Of a DNA stretch of 64,000 nt, positions 22,401 to 29,222 are shown piece after piece (position 1 is the stretch's first letter; every line of letters starts with the position of its first letter). The stretch is from a virus (taxonomy: Duplodnaviria; Caudoviricetes). Under the pieces are notes generated by a model, which saw nothing but the letters and a program-made list of their open reading frames with translations, had not been told where the DNA came from and made no database searches. Location: IMG/VR virus record IMGVR_UViG_3300027759_003166; one strand, given 5' to 3'. The translations under genes were made by a program, and so were the position numbers.

Positions 22401-23215
22401 TTAACGTTGCAGTCGGAGGTATACCACTAGCTTGGTGGCTCAGTACTGCATTACCTTCTGCGTACCTTGGAGGAGTTCCGAGAAATGAAGATAATTTCCC
22501 GTATGTTAATAATAGACTCTTTGAAAGACTACAATTTGCAGTCAGCAAAGCCAACGAGCTTGGATTTGAATTCACACACGTTTTATATGGCGCAGGCGAA
22601 TCAGATTCAATCGCTCCTAATATTACACCGTCGGATGTTTATCAAAGCAGATTTGCACAACTTAGAAATGAACTTAGAACATTGGGTGTAACTGCTCCTA
22701 TATTCATCAGCAAAACATCTTATTTTGTAAATCCTCCATATACCACTGACATTATAACTAATGCACAGCAAGCCATAGTTAATAATTATTCAGATGTATA
22801 TCTTGGACCAAATACGGATCTGTATGGAGATAGTTATCGTTGGGATCATTTACATTTTAAAACATCAGGATTAAGTGCAATTGGCAGTACATGGGGTAAT
22901 ACAATCGTTGATACCTTAACATCATTTGATCCTGTTGCTCCTGAGTTCTCTATAAACACATCTACTAATGAATTGTTGTTAAATATTTCAGACTATAATG
23001 GAATACCCACAAATATTACCATCATACAGAAAAAAGGACAAATTTGGACAGGAACAGAATCGTTATTAACCAGTAACGTAATACAAGCTGAATTCTTACA
23101 AGATAGAAAATCTCTATTACCGGATATATATTATTATGGTGGAGAGTCAGTGCTTAAAGATAATGATAATGTAATCATCACTGACGACAACGACCAACCC
23201 TTAGAAGGATATTAA
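7442..23215 (+). CDS. Giant (5,257 aa) virion structural/baseplate protein with CBM-like repeats, FG-GAP propeller, helical repeats and an SGNH esterase domain
   Basis: One uninterrupted ORF; the ATG at 7442 follows the gp6 stop (the track start at 7430 is a GTG inside the previous gene). Contains CBM5/12-like segments (YYKQGQIVSYNGKYY; YLPGNVVRYNGSYY), seven FG...GAP-like blades, GAGYTETPTITISGGG repeats and a GQSN...GESD...DHLH domain. Confidence 0.85.
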   Translation: MADNKKSVNLLPEYLQSVKNSKFLSGTIDPLIQTPQIERIDGFVGSKISPNYNIKTDYYINEDSSLRTNYSLEPALILKDQSSKITDAIAFDDLINEIKIQGGNTDNLDLLFRSKFYSYDPYIDWDKLVNYTHYHWLPNGPDSILVDDLKANIESTSTYTILNNYSLSNGMKLKLSSDNKEYYVEGVGTSIKLIEVTLLNVDELVDTIYNEKFDSDAFDNYPFDGDKKLPLTAEYTTINRASIDSNPWSRYNRWFHLEIIRITAEINKSDFLLSLDSRAKRPIIEFKPDIQLYNFGNIGIGKIDLIDDNTLDAFGSVDGTLGYYVDGILLAQGNTVIFNADVNDDVRGKIYIVDFDFSTNPPTLQLVESINPVELNSIVINSGNTYLGTSWYYNANSHTWIYAQQHTKINQAPLFDLYNHAHQSYGNTSTYYNSNFVGCKIFGYDIGTGTADSVLGFPLKYQNSVGVGSYLFKNYFMTDSIIVTNSPNVISSTISTGITYFKVSDNYVNVWQPSVEYHTPIIEIQEIVNATNTTTIQSVKEFTNVSILVNSKLTTATISGLNLTFNNTLNVNDVVSLSITSNNIPNSNGFYEAPIGLTHNPLNGPISDMTLSELSDHLATMINRIPEFSGDFPGINNLRDLSGYSKYGTRLIVNSNPIAFAKMFLGKKEHNLVDAIRYAGDQYNQFKMYLLKSITNIDYQLSPADALDKVLININNNKDARAPYYRSDMLGYGSNKIVKSYIVSNINIDTYPIGVDFNLSTLSFKSVLVYIGNEQLIYGKDYDITMDEIVFHQSLNINDVINIHYYPDTQGSFIPPTPSKLGLYPTYAPIMYSDDSYRIDSSILVIRGHDGSIMPAYNDYRDAIILEYEKRVFNNIKVEYDAKVFDVNAALPGIFRNDRYSLIDVSLEIPSILRNDAATKLLTKDFIKWTGIYNIDASTNNVFDEGDPFTWNYKNSYNTLTNTMLSGYWRSIYKDFFDTDRPDIHPWEMLGHASKPTWWDDNYNWINPTKRAALINAVELGIVNPTTTEPLIDNNYARPGFDSIVPVDTSGMLLPPSEFLASENSYNDKIADWKFGDQGPAETAWRKSSYWPFALNAAAALLDPCGYSSSMFDTSRTSLNSNTSQLTYLEDDLYLNPNKMVLEGQSNAQTAGYGVYVVEVGLQKDLHYLDKLQDDLTYINFNLFHKLGGFVSKDKLQIVIDSIDPISQAPGAILPPEDYTLLLNTSNPIKSSSISGVIIQKSNGNFVIKGYDKVNPYFEILSPIKTLAGVTLTVGGKSEVFTEWTGVSGSSGLGAIDTTAPGNSVTTHYYKQGQIVSYNGKYYRVKIGHTTQSTFDPALFYQLPSLPMVGGSSVVRSSKFENQVTKIPYGTNFSTIQEVYDMLLGYGAYLEKQGFIFDEYNSDLGEIVDWNFTGKEFLYWTTQNWADGNLITLSPFSDYLKYSFTDSVVDNISTGKYEYSLLKADGKSFPINKFTLSREDGVCTVKTIDTLDGIFFATLNSVQKEHGMVIKNKTIFNDTIYDIETGYKQRRIKLSGFRTLGWNGDLSSPGFIYDNVDITDWIANGKYLPGNVVRYNGSYYEADAKIINDSKFDFTKWIKLNKKPESNLLTNFDYKINQFEDFYSLDIDNFDATQQQLAQHLIGYTPRTFLNNIFTNNISQYKFYQGFIKEKGTKNAIDKISKVGKFARQGDITFNEEWAFRLGSYGSFGTYNELEFTLDEGSSSENPFVIKFADSKDTNPLINYILPSNLLISPDTYIPSSTFTIYPSTFSDSNIKLPTAGYVRSDDVTATAYNKNSLLDIANNSLIQEGNTFWLGFLDNGDWNVYRYTEMTARIAGVFVSSPAVSITFTTDINHNLSVGDIVSIVNFNNQVNGIHIITDISRLDQFTVSSDLTTIINSDLLTNGLLFKFEKARYNNFAELSDNAVLSTLKNGEKIWVDNGSNGKWQVYEKIQNYTTGFVEAATTSVTAQRLGESIFTLENSSILLMSAPGKFTNAPIYGNVGVYLKNNNQLIKQFDYTLNNHSKIYCQTDSENDFGLSLSIDVNKGLLFAGAPAASNIVIPSANTNTTGIAIFSDGSGITKTFAQEGIVKISSTNKNFIQETTEKVLVHPYATTSTTAAYSRFGHSIYNSQPSSNTSTLLLVGAPGSINSDNTYTGRVYAYNVLREQYYNATKAQVIYALAASSLAPLFYGEVTITNWMVAGIDQLEQFYYEYRLVNPVDAAAWDADRAADNVGIKNTRIEVIAAYQNNILAELYPSEDNIRYWMINGIGPDSRIFNESVIAYRSTHPTDADRIDSERVAAENSNIPATKISGHPSGITLKSVVSLNAGSQFGHSISGDSNGSIIAVGAPYYINTISNTTGVIQLYDKNLHWFQSIPSPFIGHEAFGENVVISSDGTYLVASSPEIRGTTNGTKGRVAIYRLSGTGIRIQASRASVILAYASNLLAPLYPSELDIHIWTVVGLDSFDSTIDSNRAASPAAAAAIDKERAADSLGMLASRADVIIAYQTNVEAPLYPTEAEIRYWMATGLGTGTNGFAAEITYNNSTNPSAYAANLAQRITLATPSPYLSTRFEVINAYASNLRAEVNPSNGDILSWMTSGLGTNNITFNTDVESRRTSNPSLATSIDAARAADAVGTSGAPIRSSRAAVIAAYQGNLDANPYPTEQEIRYWMSVGLGYLVATNNPLGAFNAAVTRDNALYPDIYLSWLQARAADYPKASRGQVILAYASNLLTELYPNETAINYWMVQGLTNFDSSNNTNRANDPALAAAIDMARAADAINIKSSRAAVISAYQTNVDAPFYPTEKQIRRWMIAGLDSSSFTIFNETITANNLSNPTNAAIYRNQRLEALPSVDFTYDLYQVIDNPLKNNDLKFGKSIAISDNSNKLAIGAVGVNGPIPLKFDINFKDGETTFDQGTTNFSSFAEDSGTVFLYYNIDGSFVQSENITDPSPIAGDKFGYSVAVTNNNTFVGAPSISGVSKFYQFNKADTSINGLKLLREQPDLVDVSTIDRVALIDSFKEEVIEYLDVIDPLKGKIAGIAEQELKYKSSFDPAVYSIGNLTAVVDSNTSWIDDHVGELWWDISTAKYQCYEQGDEIFRKNNWGKLFPGATIDVYEWVKSDLLPSEWASQADTNDGLTKGISGQPKYPDNSILSVKQLFNNVTRSFENVYFFWVKNKVNVPEANNNRRISSYQVASIIADPIANGLKFVEILSKDSVAFANVQSMLISDRINANIAINSNKSEIPRHTEWELIAEGNENNMPPPLLEKKLIDSLLGHDQLGNNVPAINTTYRNRYGIGIRPQQTLFKDRIEALRNQIAFANSVLIKEQLTGNYNFNNLNSYDTISDAFYREYDIVVDSLSTIDTLLFEQATIKCFVNNGKIISVEIIKPGFGYLLAPLVTINSTAGEEAELLTEINSNGEIINVTISNAGYGYVNAPTLIVRPHTAIIRSDSNYNGRWTKHIFDYIYKKWNRVGNQKYDTRLYWQYTDWIKDSYSKFKDYRYSIDATYEIDTLSNVSVGDYVRIKNIGDGRYAIIEKLADTEIGDFSKSYNFVYIEKGTIQIKDSIWNFSNINVSYDSSTLEDTLYDQVPDLELYHILLALKDDIFIGNLKVNWNLFFFKAVKYALTEQKILDWAFKTSFIDVYNSIGNLDQRPVYKLDNEKYFENYIEEVKPYHTNIRRFTSKYSSVEETSTLSFTDFDVPSASWTAAHSYCVGNIIVADPGTLYTQKPTITISGGGANVTPATAEAYIRSGVVYQILVTDPGAGYTETPTITISGGGPYVTSTASVSVSLLNLTTRKNIIGLKFDRVSAVSEIGNVDVTEEFICSGKDTKFVLSVLADRNKLNIIPSLDGQLVLSTDYTIEYYSEENNGYTKHYSRFVFLNYVPKETQVFKITYKKNINLYTAVDRIENLYTATDSISSLMNGVVYPGNVIQGLPFDYSPAWDTVSGLGKYDPINSGWSDSVGYYASAKIVSSVAAGDTTIYLNTTTDIVVGQIISLLNSPTSNLRKDTVVNSVNSLNNSITISQTYYAIKSVRATSTNINSDIVVITVVPFNGAIVVGDLISLDGIEKTEFNGIYYISSITDKNKFIVKSNSVLSTTATVLTYGEASITISSMLGSIDTDSVLLDHISETFIPDDNNHIEVDIMLQYDDITKIEIFKDGETLPMLTGIPIVGPYPTSEYYHITKNVITGGAIVNFYQMTSNSYDLDFYSYTNPKLEFWKTDVLSARLDSVLPGGSVNWGNFAGGLGVRYGTVLPEEGTNSIIIDGDSFLNERSGYAPDECVAGHVLDSLGINVYTKAENSYPTVITGSFPVKKGTLTAYELSVPETEYAGIMVNFNGKIFDRVDNATQFTNSHQYYMIGNTIHLPLQSVSGTAGYTMVSIGGNYSLLDSNIEGVSGVTSATVISLLSSINDVVMAYVLVDGHEISQDTPESGDTKYYKLTAYSNKNNRASVQVYGIDTNSHTIEAWFFQSKYTKFNRLHEESQDGSASQSMFTLSFVPGNIEPVSAQVIVEIDDGSSGRRRLSPPWVSYYQIKDAQLTFAIDSKNLSRTYTAGQVMVYANGIELRPGFDYTFNDIDSTVTIISGLLSIGDVIAVVGLIDYDYIVVGNILQLTNPPVSTFNLKIISFTDHDKMLIRTERFNGTIARRYTLSFSVLSDNYVWVYVDGISLTARTEFEILDDMKTIQISDLIDVSPSSKITITTVNPQSYNNQIIGFRMFNDIFDRHHYKRLSKFHSTTLLRALRHTDNEIYLTDGNGIIPPNPLTNNPGIVIIDGERIEFAEKDGNTLRGLRRSSLGTGPATYSAVGTQVIDQSSQQTIPYLDTILVQSTSTTSTTYIISTVTTTATGAGIVLDPNIDAVNQVTVYYGGRQLRKTSLVVHDKFYDKPVYNPDPRTAYILIFGQSNIANYGEHTDSYTPNDKVKRLDINGNWELAVSPGGPNRLATGYNWSTGSSVDIPGGPSGGNMDGRIGDTLLQSGKYDKVYIVNVAVGGIPLAWWLSTALPSAYLGGVPRNEDNFPYVNNRLFERLQFAVSKANELGFEFTHVLYGAGESDSIAPNITPSDVYQSRFAQLRNELRTLGVTAPIFISKTSYFVNPPYTTDIITNAQQAIVNNYSDVYLGPNTDLYGDSYRWDHLHFKTSGLSAIGSTWGNTIVDTLTSFDPVAPEFSINTSTNELLLNISDYNGIPTNITIIQKKGQIWTGTESLLTSNVIQAEFLQDRKSLLPDIYYYGGESVLKDNDNVIITDDNDQPLEGY
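13958..14355 (+). repeat. Two copies of a ~65-aa helical repeat inside the giant protein
   Basis: KAQVIYALAASSLAPLFYGEVTITNWMVAG and RIEVIAAYQNNILAELYPSEDNIRYWMING; coordinates approximate. Confidence 0.7.
14735..15990 (+). repeat. Six copies of the same ~65-aa helical repeat
   Basis: Consensus SRxxVIxAYxxNxxAxxYPxExxIxYWMxxGLxxF...NPxxAAxIDxxRAAD occurs six times; coordinates approximate. Confidence 0.8.
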
Positions 23216-23216
23216 A

Positions 23217-25754
23217 ATGACAAAAATAACTCAAGCACCATTTATTACACCAGGAGAAAATACCAGTATTGTGGTAACAGATTCCTTGGCAGTATCAAGG
23301 GTGCGATATAGCGATCTCTTAACTCAATTATCTAGTGATGTTCAGGGAGTTCAAGGTGCTCAGGGTAGTTCTACTGGTAGTCAAGGTACACAGGGTATAC
23401 AAGGTATCCGTGGATTTCATGGTACTCAAGGAACCAATGGGAGAGCAGGTAGTCAAGGTATACAAGGTATATCTGGATCTGCAGTTGCACAAGGCGCTCA
23501 GGGCGCTACTGGACTACAAGGTATACAAGGTATTAGAGGAACAACTAGCGTTTCTGCTATAACAACAGATGTATTACCAACTACAACTAATACATATGAT
23601 ATAGGATCACAAGCTGCTATCTGGAAAAATATATATGCCGCAAGTATTAAAAATGCATCAGGCGTGTCTTTAATTGGTGAAAGAGAAATAAGTGTAAGAG
23701 ACTATGGTGCAACAGGTAATGGTATAGATGACGATACAGTGGCCATACAAAATGCTATCAATGCTTGTAGTTCAGCAGGCGGCGGTATAGTTCGCATTCC
23801 GTCAGACTTTAGATGTTTGGTCAATAGTGCAGACATTACTATACCATCAAGAGTGGCATTAGTTGGTACAAATATAATGCCGAGCATTGTATCAGTTGCA
23901 GGCGGCGCCGATTATAATATTAGCGGTTACAAAAGTACAATAATTTTAAATCCAACATATAAAATTAATATATGCAATACAGTCAGAGCGCATTCTGGAT
24001 CTGTTAAGGGTTTATATATATTGAAAAAAGGACTTGTTAATTTAGCCGGATTAAGTACAGGTGCTGCTAACACTCAGGTATCTAATTTTTCAGGTACTGC
24101 TATTAACATAGGGCTTTCAGGATACAACACTTCTGATTGTTATGTAGGGCATTGCCATATAACAGGATTTGCTCAAGCAATAAGAGCCACAAACTCTGAT
24201 AGAATTACCATAGAAAATATCACCGGTGATTGTACAAATGGATTATGGATCACAGATAGTTATGATATTGCTCGTATAAGAAATTGTCATTTCTGGCCAT
24301 TCTTATCTTATGGATATACTGCTACAACTCCATGGAGAGATGGAACCTCATATAAATTTGACGGTACAAATGATTGGACAGTAGTAGATAATTGTTTTTC
24401 TTTTGGATATAAATTTGGATTTAATATTGGAGTTGGATCAAACCATGTAACACTTACTAACTGTGGTGTAGATGGAGACCCTGCATCTACCGCCGATGCA
24501 GGTCGTGTAGACTCTGTAGCATTTTGGATAACAGGTGCTTGTTGTAGTCTTATTAATTGTAATGCAACAACACATCAATGTAATTTCTTAATTGATTCTG
24601 GAAATTATGATACACGATTAACAGGTTGTACTGCCTGGGGCGCCAATGTATCTTTTTATCATGTTTATATAAATTCAGGAATAGCAAACATAACGGAATG
24701 CTCATTTAATGATGCAGTAATAAATTGGGCAATTGCAATAGGTGCAGCTACCGTAGGATTTAACATCGACAATAATGTATTCAATGGTACTACTAAAGGT
24801 ATACAATTTGAAAATCTTAATCTAACAACACATAAAGGAAATATAGGATCTAATAATCGTTATATTGATACTACCGTTGGTATTAATAATACAAATTTAG
24901 GTGTAGGGCCACAAACTAGCTACTTTACTAGAAGATTTATTCTTGGATCAGATCCAGCAGGTGCTGCTACTTCTAATATTGCTCATATTGATGTAGCAGG
25001 CCGAGGCGTACCAAGTGTACCGGTATCATTAAAAGGGTTGGATATTATAACTAGATCCGATGCGTATGGATATAATGGAGTAGATTGGCAGATGGCTGCG
25101 TCTACAAGAGTACAAGTAGATTATAGTCCTGGTGGAGCATCTCTTCCTGGAAATTACGTTCCTACTGCTTTTATTATTTCAACTACTGGAATTGGTGATA
25201 CTACTGTAATAGATAGAGTATATGTAAACAGTGAAGGAAAAGTATTACCATCAACTGATAACTCATATGATTTAGGTAGTTCAACTTTAAGATGGAAATC
25301 AGTATATGCTGCAAATGGAACCATTAATACATCAGATCGAAGATTAAAAACTGAAATTGCTACGTCAACTTTGGGATTAGATTTTATCAATGATCTTCGA
25401 CCTGTATCATATAAATGGATTAATGGAGGAACAAAAGTTGTTCGACAAGTTTACTTAGATGAAAACGGAAATGAATTACCAGACAATCAAGTAACTCCCG
25501 AATCTAAAGCAAGACCTAGTAGAATTATTACCGAAGATGTGTCTGGAAACAGAACGCATTGGGGATTAATTGCACAAGAAGTTAAAGAAACACTAGATAA
25601 AACTGGTGTTGATTTCGGCGGCTGGATATTATCTGACATGAATAATGTTAATAGCACCCAGCATATAAATTATTCAGAATTTATAGCACCACTTATTAAA
25701 GCAGTACAAGAATTATCTGCCGAATTAGAAGCAGTTAAATCAAAATTGCAATAA
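23217..25754 (+). CDS. Tailspike/tail fibre with pectate-lyase-like beta-helix and C-terminal intramolecular chaperone (peptidase S74-like)
   Basis: N-terminal G-x-Q collagen-like stretch; SVRDYGATGNGIDDDTVAIQNAINAC is a typical beta-helix start; SDRRLKTEI...WGLIAQEV...LIKAVQEL is the S74 chaperone signature. Confidence 0.85.
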   Translation: MTKITQAPFITPGENTSIVVTDSLAVSRVRYSDLLTQLSSDVQGVQGAQGSSTGSQGTQGIQGIRGFHGTQGTNGRAGSQGIQGISGSAVAQGAQGATGLQGIQGIRGTTSVSAITTDVLPTTTNTYDIGSQAAIWKNIYAASIKNASGVSLIGEREISVRDYGATGNGIDDDTVAIQNAINACSSAGGGIVRIPSDFRCLVNSADITIPSRVALVGTNIMPSIVSVAGGADYNISGYKSTIILNPTYKINICNTVRAHSGSVKGLYILKKGLVNLAGLSTGAANTQVSNFSGTAINIGLSGYNTSDCYVGHCHITGFAQAIRATNSDRITIENITGDCTNGLWITDSYDIARIRNCHFWPFLSYGYTATTPWRDGTSYKFDGTNDWTVVDNCFSFGYKFGFNIGVGSNHVTLTNCGVDGDPASTADAGRVDSVAFWITGACCSLINCNATTHQCNFLIDSGNYDTRLTGCTAWGANVSFYHVYINSGIANITECSFNDAVINWAIAIGAATVGFNIDNNVFNGTTKGIQFENLNLTTHKGNIGSNNRYIDTTVGINNTNLGVGPQTSYFTRRFILGSDPAGAATSNIAHIDVAGRGVPSVPVSLKGLDIITRSDAYGYNGVDWQMAASTRVQVDYSPGGASLPGNYVPTAFIISTTGIGDTTVIDRVYVNSEGKVLPSTDNSYDLGSSTLRWKSVYAANGTINTSDRRLKTEIATSTLGLDFINDLRPVSYKWINGGTKVVRQVYLDENGNELPDNQVTPESKARPSRIITEDVSGNRTHWGLIAQEVKETLDKTGVDFGGWILSDMNNVNSTQHINYSEFIAPLIKAVQELSAELEAVKSKLQ

Positions 25755-25763
25755 CAATATGGA

Positions 25764-25771
25764 TATAAATA
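25764..25771 (+). promoter_or_regulatory. T4-type late promoter TATAAATA
   Basis: Exact T4 late consensus in the gap, 21 nt before the ATG at 25793. Confidence 0.65.
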
Positions 25772-25792
25772 CACTATCAACTTATATATATT

Positions 25793-26437
25793 ATGACAAG
25801 TCCAACCAATAACCAACCCACTGCTACACAGTCAAAGCCCAATGAATCGGGCGCTGTTAGCGTCCAAGGTCATATAAAAATCTTTGATCCTGTTACCAAA
25901 GAAGTTTTCATAGACAAAAGAAATGCTATTCATTATGAAAACTTTTCTATTGCTTTAGCACAAAGTATTTCAAACAACGAAGGCCCAATTGGAGAAATGG
26001 TGTTTGGCAATGGTGGATCACGTATTGATCCAACTGGAATTATTACATATTTAACGCCGAATACAGTAGGCAGTAATGCTGCATTGTATAATCAAACTTA
26101 TTATAAAACAGTTGATGCTAAACGACCGTATTCTTTAGATCCAGCAAGGAATTTTATGGAATCTAGACATATTGTAGGAACAGTATATTCAGATGTTCTA
26201 GTAAGTTGTTTATTAGATTTTGGCGAGCCATCTGATCAACTAGCGTTTGATAATAGTACCAACCAAGATGGTACTTATGTATTTGATGAGTTAGGTTTAA
26301 AATCATATTCAGCTGCAGGTCCAGATGAAGGTATGCTATTAACTCATGTAATATTCCACCCTGTACAAAAATCGTTGAACAGGATGATTCAAATAGATTA
26401 TACCATAAGAATACAAAGTCTTAGTAGTGGAATTTAA
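25793..26437 (+). CDS. Probable virion structural protein (baseplate/tail region)
   Basis: 214-aa ORF in the structural operon; FDELGL...LLTHVIFHPVQKSLNRMIQIDYTIRI resembles tail/baseplate assembly proteins; no exact family recognised. Confidence 0.6.
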   Translation: MTSPTNNQPTATQSKPNESGAVSVQGHIKIFDPVTKEVFIDKRNAIHYENFSIALAQSISNNEGPIGEMVFGNGGSRIDPTGIITYLTPNTVGSNAALYNQTYYKTVDAKRPYSLDPARNFMESRHIVGTVYSDVLVSCLLDFGEPSDQLAFDNSTNQDGTYVFDELGLKSYSAAGPDEGMLLTHVIFHPVQKSLNRMIQIDYTIRIQSLSSGI

Positions 26438-26439
26438 TC

Positions 26440-28194
26440 ATGTCATATACATTACATTTTTCAGATCCAAATGCTATAGCAACAATTACGGTACCATCAA
26501 GATCGGTAACTTCTCCTGGAATTAATGATTATGATACAAGTTTACAGCTAATTGGATCCGGATATCCAAATTACGGTCTTCCTACAGCACAAAACTTTTT
26601 AAAGTTATTAGAAAACTTTGCAGGTCCTTCGCAGCCCACAAATGCTATCAAAGGGCAATTGTGGTATGATACCACAGTTCCTAGCAAACCAGTTTTAAGA
26701 GTTAATAACGGAACAAACACCAGCGGTCGTTGGCCTAGTGCTAATGGCATATATCAACAAACAACTGATCCAACTGTACGTTATACAGAAATCACCGATG
26801 GTGATATTTGGGTTGATACATCCAACAACAAATTAAAAATTAGATTTGAAAATAATTGGACCATAGTTGGACCAGAAACACCAACTGGACAAAACAAGTC
26901 TGGAACAGAAACCACCACACTTGAAAGTACTACAGGTGATTTATATCCTGTAATACTTCAGTGGGCCAATGGAAAAGTTGTTGAAATAATTTCTCTCAAT
27001 GCATTTGTTCCAAGAACAGTAATAGACGGATTTCCAACAATAAAAGTTGGTACTAATCTCAACGCAACGGTTGTTGCAAAATACAACGGTGTGGCAGAAA
27101 AAGCATCTTCTTTAGAAGTATCAACTGGTGTATCCATTGGAGCAAGCGATTTATTAAAAAATCGTACCACTACCAGACAAGTACATACAGGAACGTTTTA
27201 TGTAGAATCAAGCATTGGTTTATATGTCAGACCTTCTGCTACTGCTGCACCTGTTAGAATCTACAGCGACTTGACCAATAATGGTTATGTTAACTATTAT
27301 GGAACTACTTTACAAATAGGAACACAAGATACTTCTTATTTAAAATTTAATTCTGGCTATGCTAGTGTTGGTATAAACAAAACTCCTTCATCAGGATCAG
27401 CAACTTTGGATGTTGCTGGTGGTGCTCAATTTACAGAACCATTAGCAATAACATCTACTGCTACCGTGGCATTATTGGTTAATGGAGGAGCATTAGTTGG
27501 TGGAAAATTATTATCTAGCTCATTGTTAGTAACTGGCCCAACTACTTCTACTGGAAAATTATCGTTAGGCGGATCAGGTAGCGGTATTATAGTTGAACCA
27601 GCAATTTCTGATGTTTACGATATTGGGTCTCCAACTAAGAAATTTAGATCAATTTATATATCAGATGTATTTGGAGTAGATAATTTTAGAGGTAGTGTAA
27701 CTGGATCTGCTGGTTCACTAACAGTGCCTCGATCATTATTAGTTAGAGGGCAAGTAACTGCGACTAGTGTTACATTTAATGGAACTTCGGATGTTACATT
27801 CAATACAACATTAACAAGAACAGCTATCGCTAATCAAACTACTGCTACCAGTACAACTGCTACTCAAACATTGTTAGTTCTAAATACAGCTACAACAACA
27901 ACTAATTTACAACAAATTTCTAAAGCAGCGTTTTTATCAGATGTATATCTTGCATTATTTCAACCAGGGATGATAACAGCGTATGGTAGCGTAACGTCTG
28001 CTCCAACTGGATGGTTGTTATGTAATGGAGCAACAACATCAACATCCTTGTATACTTCTTTATATTCAGTTATTGGAACTACATACGGTGTTAGTGGTCC
28101 TGGAACATTTAAAACTCCTAATATGTCTACGTCTACGTATGTTTCAACAGGGACAAATACAGGAACGTACCTAACATATATTATAAAGACATAA
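26440..28194 (+). CDS. Tail fibre/baseplate protein with C-terminal tail-collar domain
   Basis: N-terminus (GYPNYGLPTAQNFLKLLENFA...GQLWYD) shared with the next two ORFs; PGMITAYG...PTGWLLCNG...LYSVIGTTYG is a phage tail-collar motif. Confidence 0.75.
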   Translation: MSYTLHFSDPNAIATITVPSRSVTSPGINDYDTSLQLIGSGYPNYGLPTAQNFLKLLENFAGPSQPTNAIKGQLWYDTTVPSKPVLRVNNGTNTSGRWPSANGIYQQTTDPTVRYTEITDGDIWVDTSNNKLKIRFENNWTIVGPETPTGQNKSGTETTTLESTTGDLYPVILQWANGKVVEIISLNAFVPRTVIDGFPTIKVGTNLNATVVAKYNGVAEKASSLEVSTGVSIGASDLLKNRTTTRQVHTGTFYVESSIGLYVRPSATAAPVRIYSDLTNNGYVNYYGTTLQIGTQDTSYLKFNSGYASVGINKTPSSGSATLDVAGGAQFTEPLAITSTATVALLVNGGALVGGKLLSSSLLVTGPTTSTGKLSLGGSGSGIIVEPAISDVYDIGSPTKKFRSIYISDVFGVDNFRGSVTGSAGSLTVPRSLLVRGQVTATSVTFNGTSDVTFNTTLTRTAIANQTTATSTTATQTLLVLNTATTTTNLQQISKAAFLSDVYLALFQPGMITAYGSVTSAPTGWLLCNGATTSTSLYTSLYSVIGTTYGVSGPGTFKTPNMSTSTYVSTGTNTGTYLTYIIKT

Positions 28195-28199
28195 ACAGT

Positions 28200-29210
28200 A
28201 TGGCCTACCTTATATACAACAACGACGGTACAATATTAACAAGTATCGCAAATGGCGAAGTTGATTCTGTTTCCACTGATTTAACTCTAATTGGAAAAAA
28301 CGTTGACAACTATGGACAGTATCTTAATAATAACTTTATTAAATTATTAACAAGTTTTGCCAGCACCACTAGTCCTACAAGTCCACAAATAGGACAAGTA
28401 TGGTTTAATTCTACAACTGGAAGATTAAATGTTTATGATGGAATTGCATTTAATCCTACATATGGTGCAAGGGTAAACGGAACACCTTCTATTACTACAA
28501 GCACTGGTGATTTATGGTATGATACAAACAATAGCCAATTAAAAATATGGAACGGTAGTACTTATAAATTAGTAGGACCATCTGTTTCAGCATTAAAAGG
28601 CAAGTTTAATATTGAGCCATCTTCTAGTACAATAATACCAGATGACAGCGGTTATCCAGTAGATGTAGGTGTAATATATTCATATGGCAATCCTTCTGGA
28701 TTAATTACAAACGAATCATTTAATATGAAGGCCTCTGATGCAGTTGGTTATTTTGGTTCTTCTGCAATTACTACTATAGTAACAGGTACTACATTTGTTA
28801 GAGATATCGATGTCAAGGGCGATTTGTATATTAAAGGTATTAAACAAAGTACCACTCCTACAGTGGAAACAGTAACTGCATCTTTTGATATTACATCATA
28901 TGGTGATCCACAAGATGCAACTACTACTACCGCAATTGCAAATATAGCCTCTGGCAATATTGCCATAAGAAATTTCTTACCGTTGATGTTTTCTACAGTT
29001 ACTAATATAACTTATGGTGATATAGCATATTCAATTGGAACAATTGCAAAGGTTGTTTGTTCATATAACACTGATGTGTCTGTAAGAAGATTTAAATTAA
29101 TTGACGATCCAATTCATCCTGGCATTCATATTTGGAATTGGGATAATGTATATCTTACTACATTTAGTCCATCTGGTTATATTACATCAACAAATATTGT
29201 ACAACTTTAA
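28200..29210 (+). CDS. Tail fibre/baseplate protein paralog
   Basis: N-terminal GKNVDNYGQYLNNNFIKLLTSFA...GQVWFN is homologous to both neighbours. Confidence 0.7.
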   Translation: MAYLIYNNDGTILTSIANGEVDSVSTDLTLIGKNVDNYGQYLNNNFIKLLTSFASTTSPTSPQIGQVWFNSTTGRLNVYDGIAFNPTYGARVNGTPSITTSTGDLWYDTNNSQLKIWNGSTYKLVGPSVSALKGKFNIEPSSSTIIPDDSGYPVDVGVIYSYGNPSGLITNESFNMKASDAVGYFGSSAITTIVTGTTFVRDIDVKGDLYIKGIKQSTTPTVETVTASFDITSYGDPQDATTTTAIANIASGNIAIRNFLPLMFSTVTNITYGDIAYSIGTIAKVVCSYNTDVSVRRFKLIDDPIHPGIHIWNWDNVYLTTFSPSGYITSTNIVQL

Positions 29211-29222
29211 AGGTCTTTCTAA

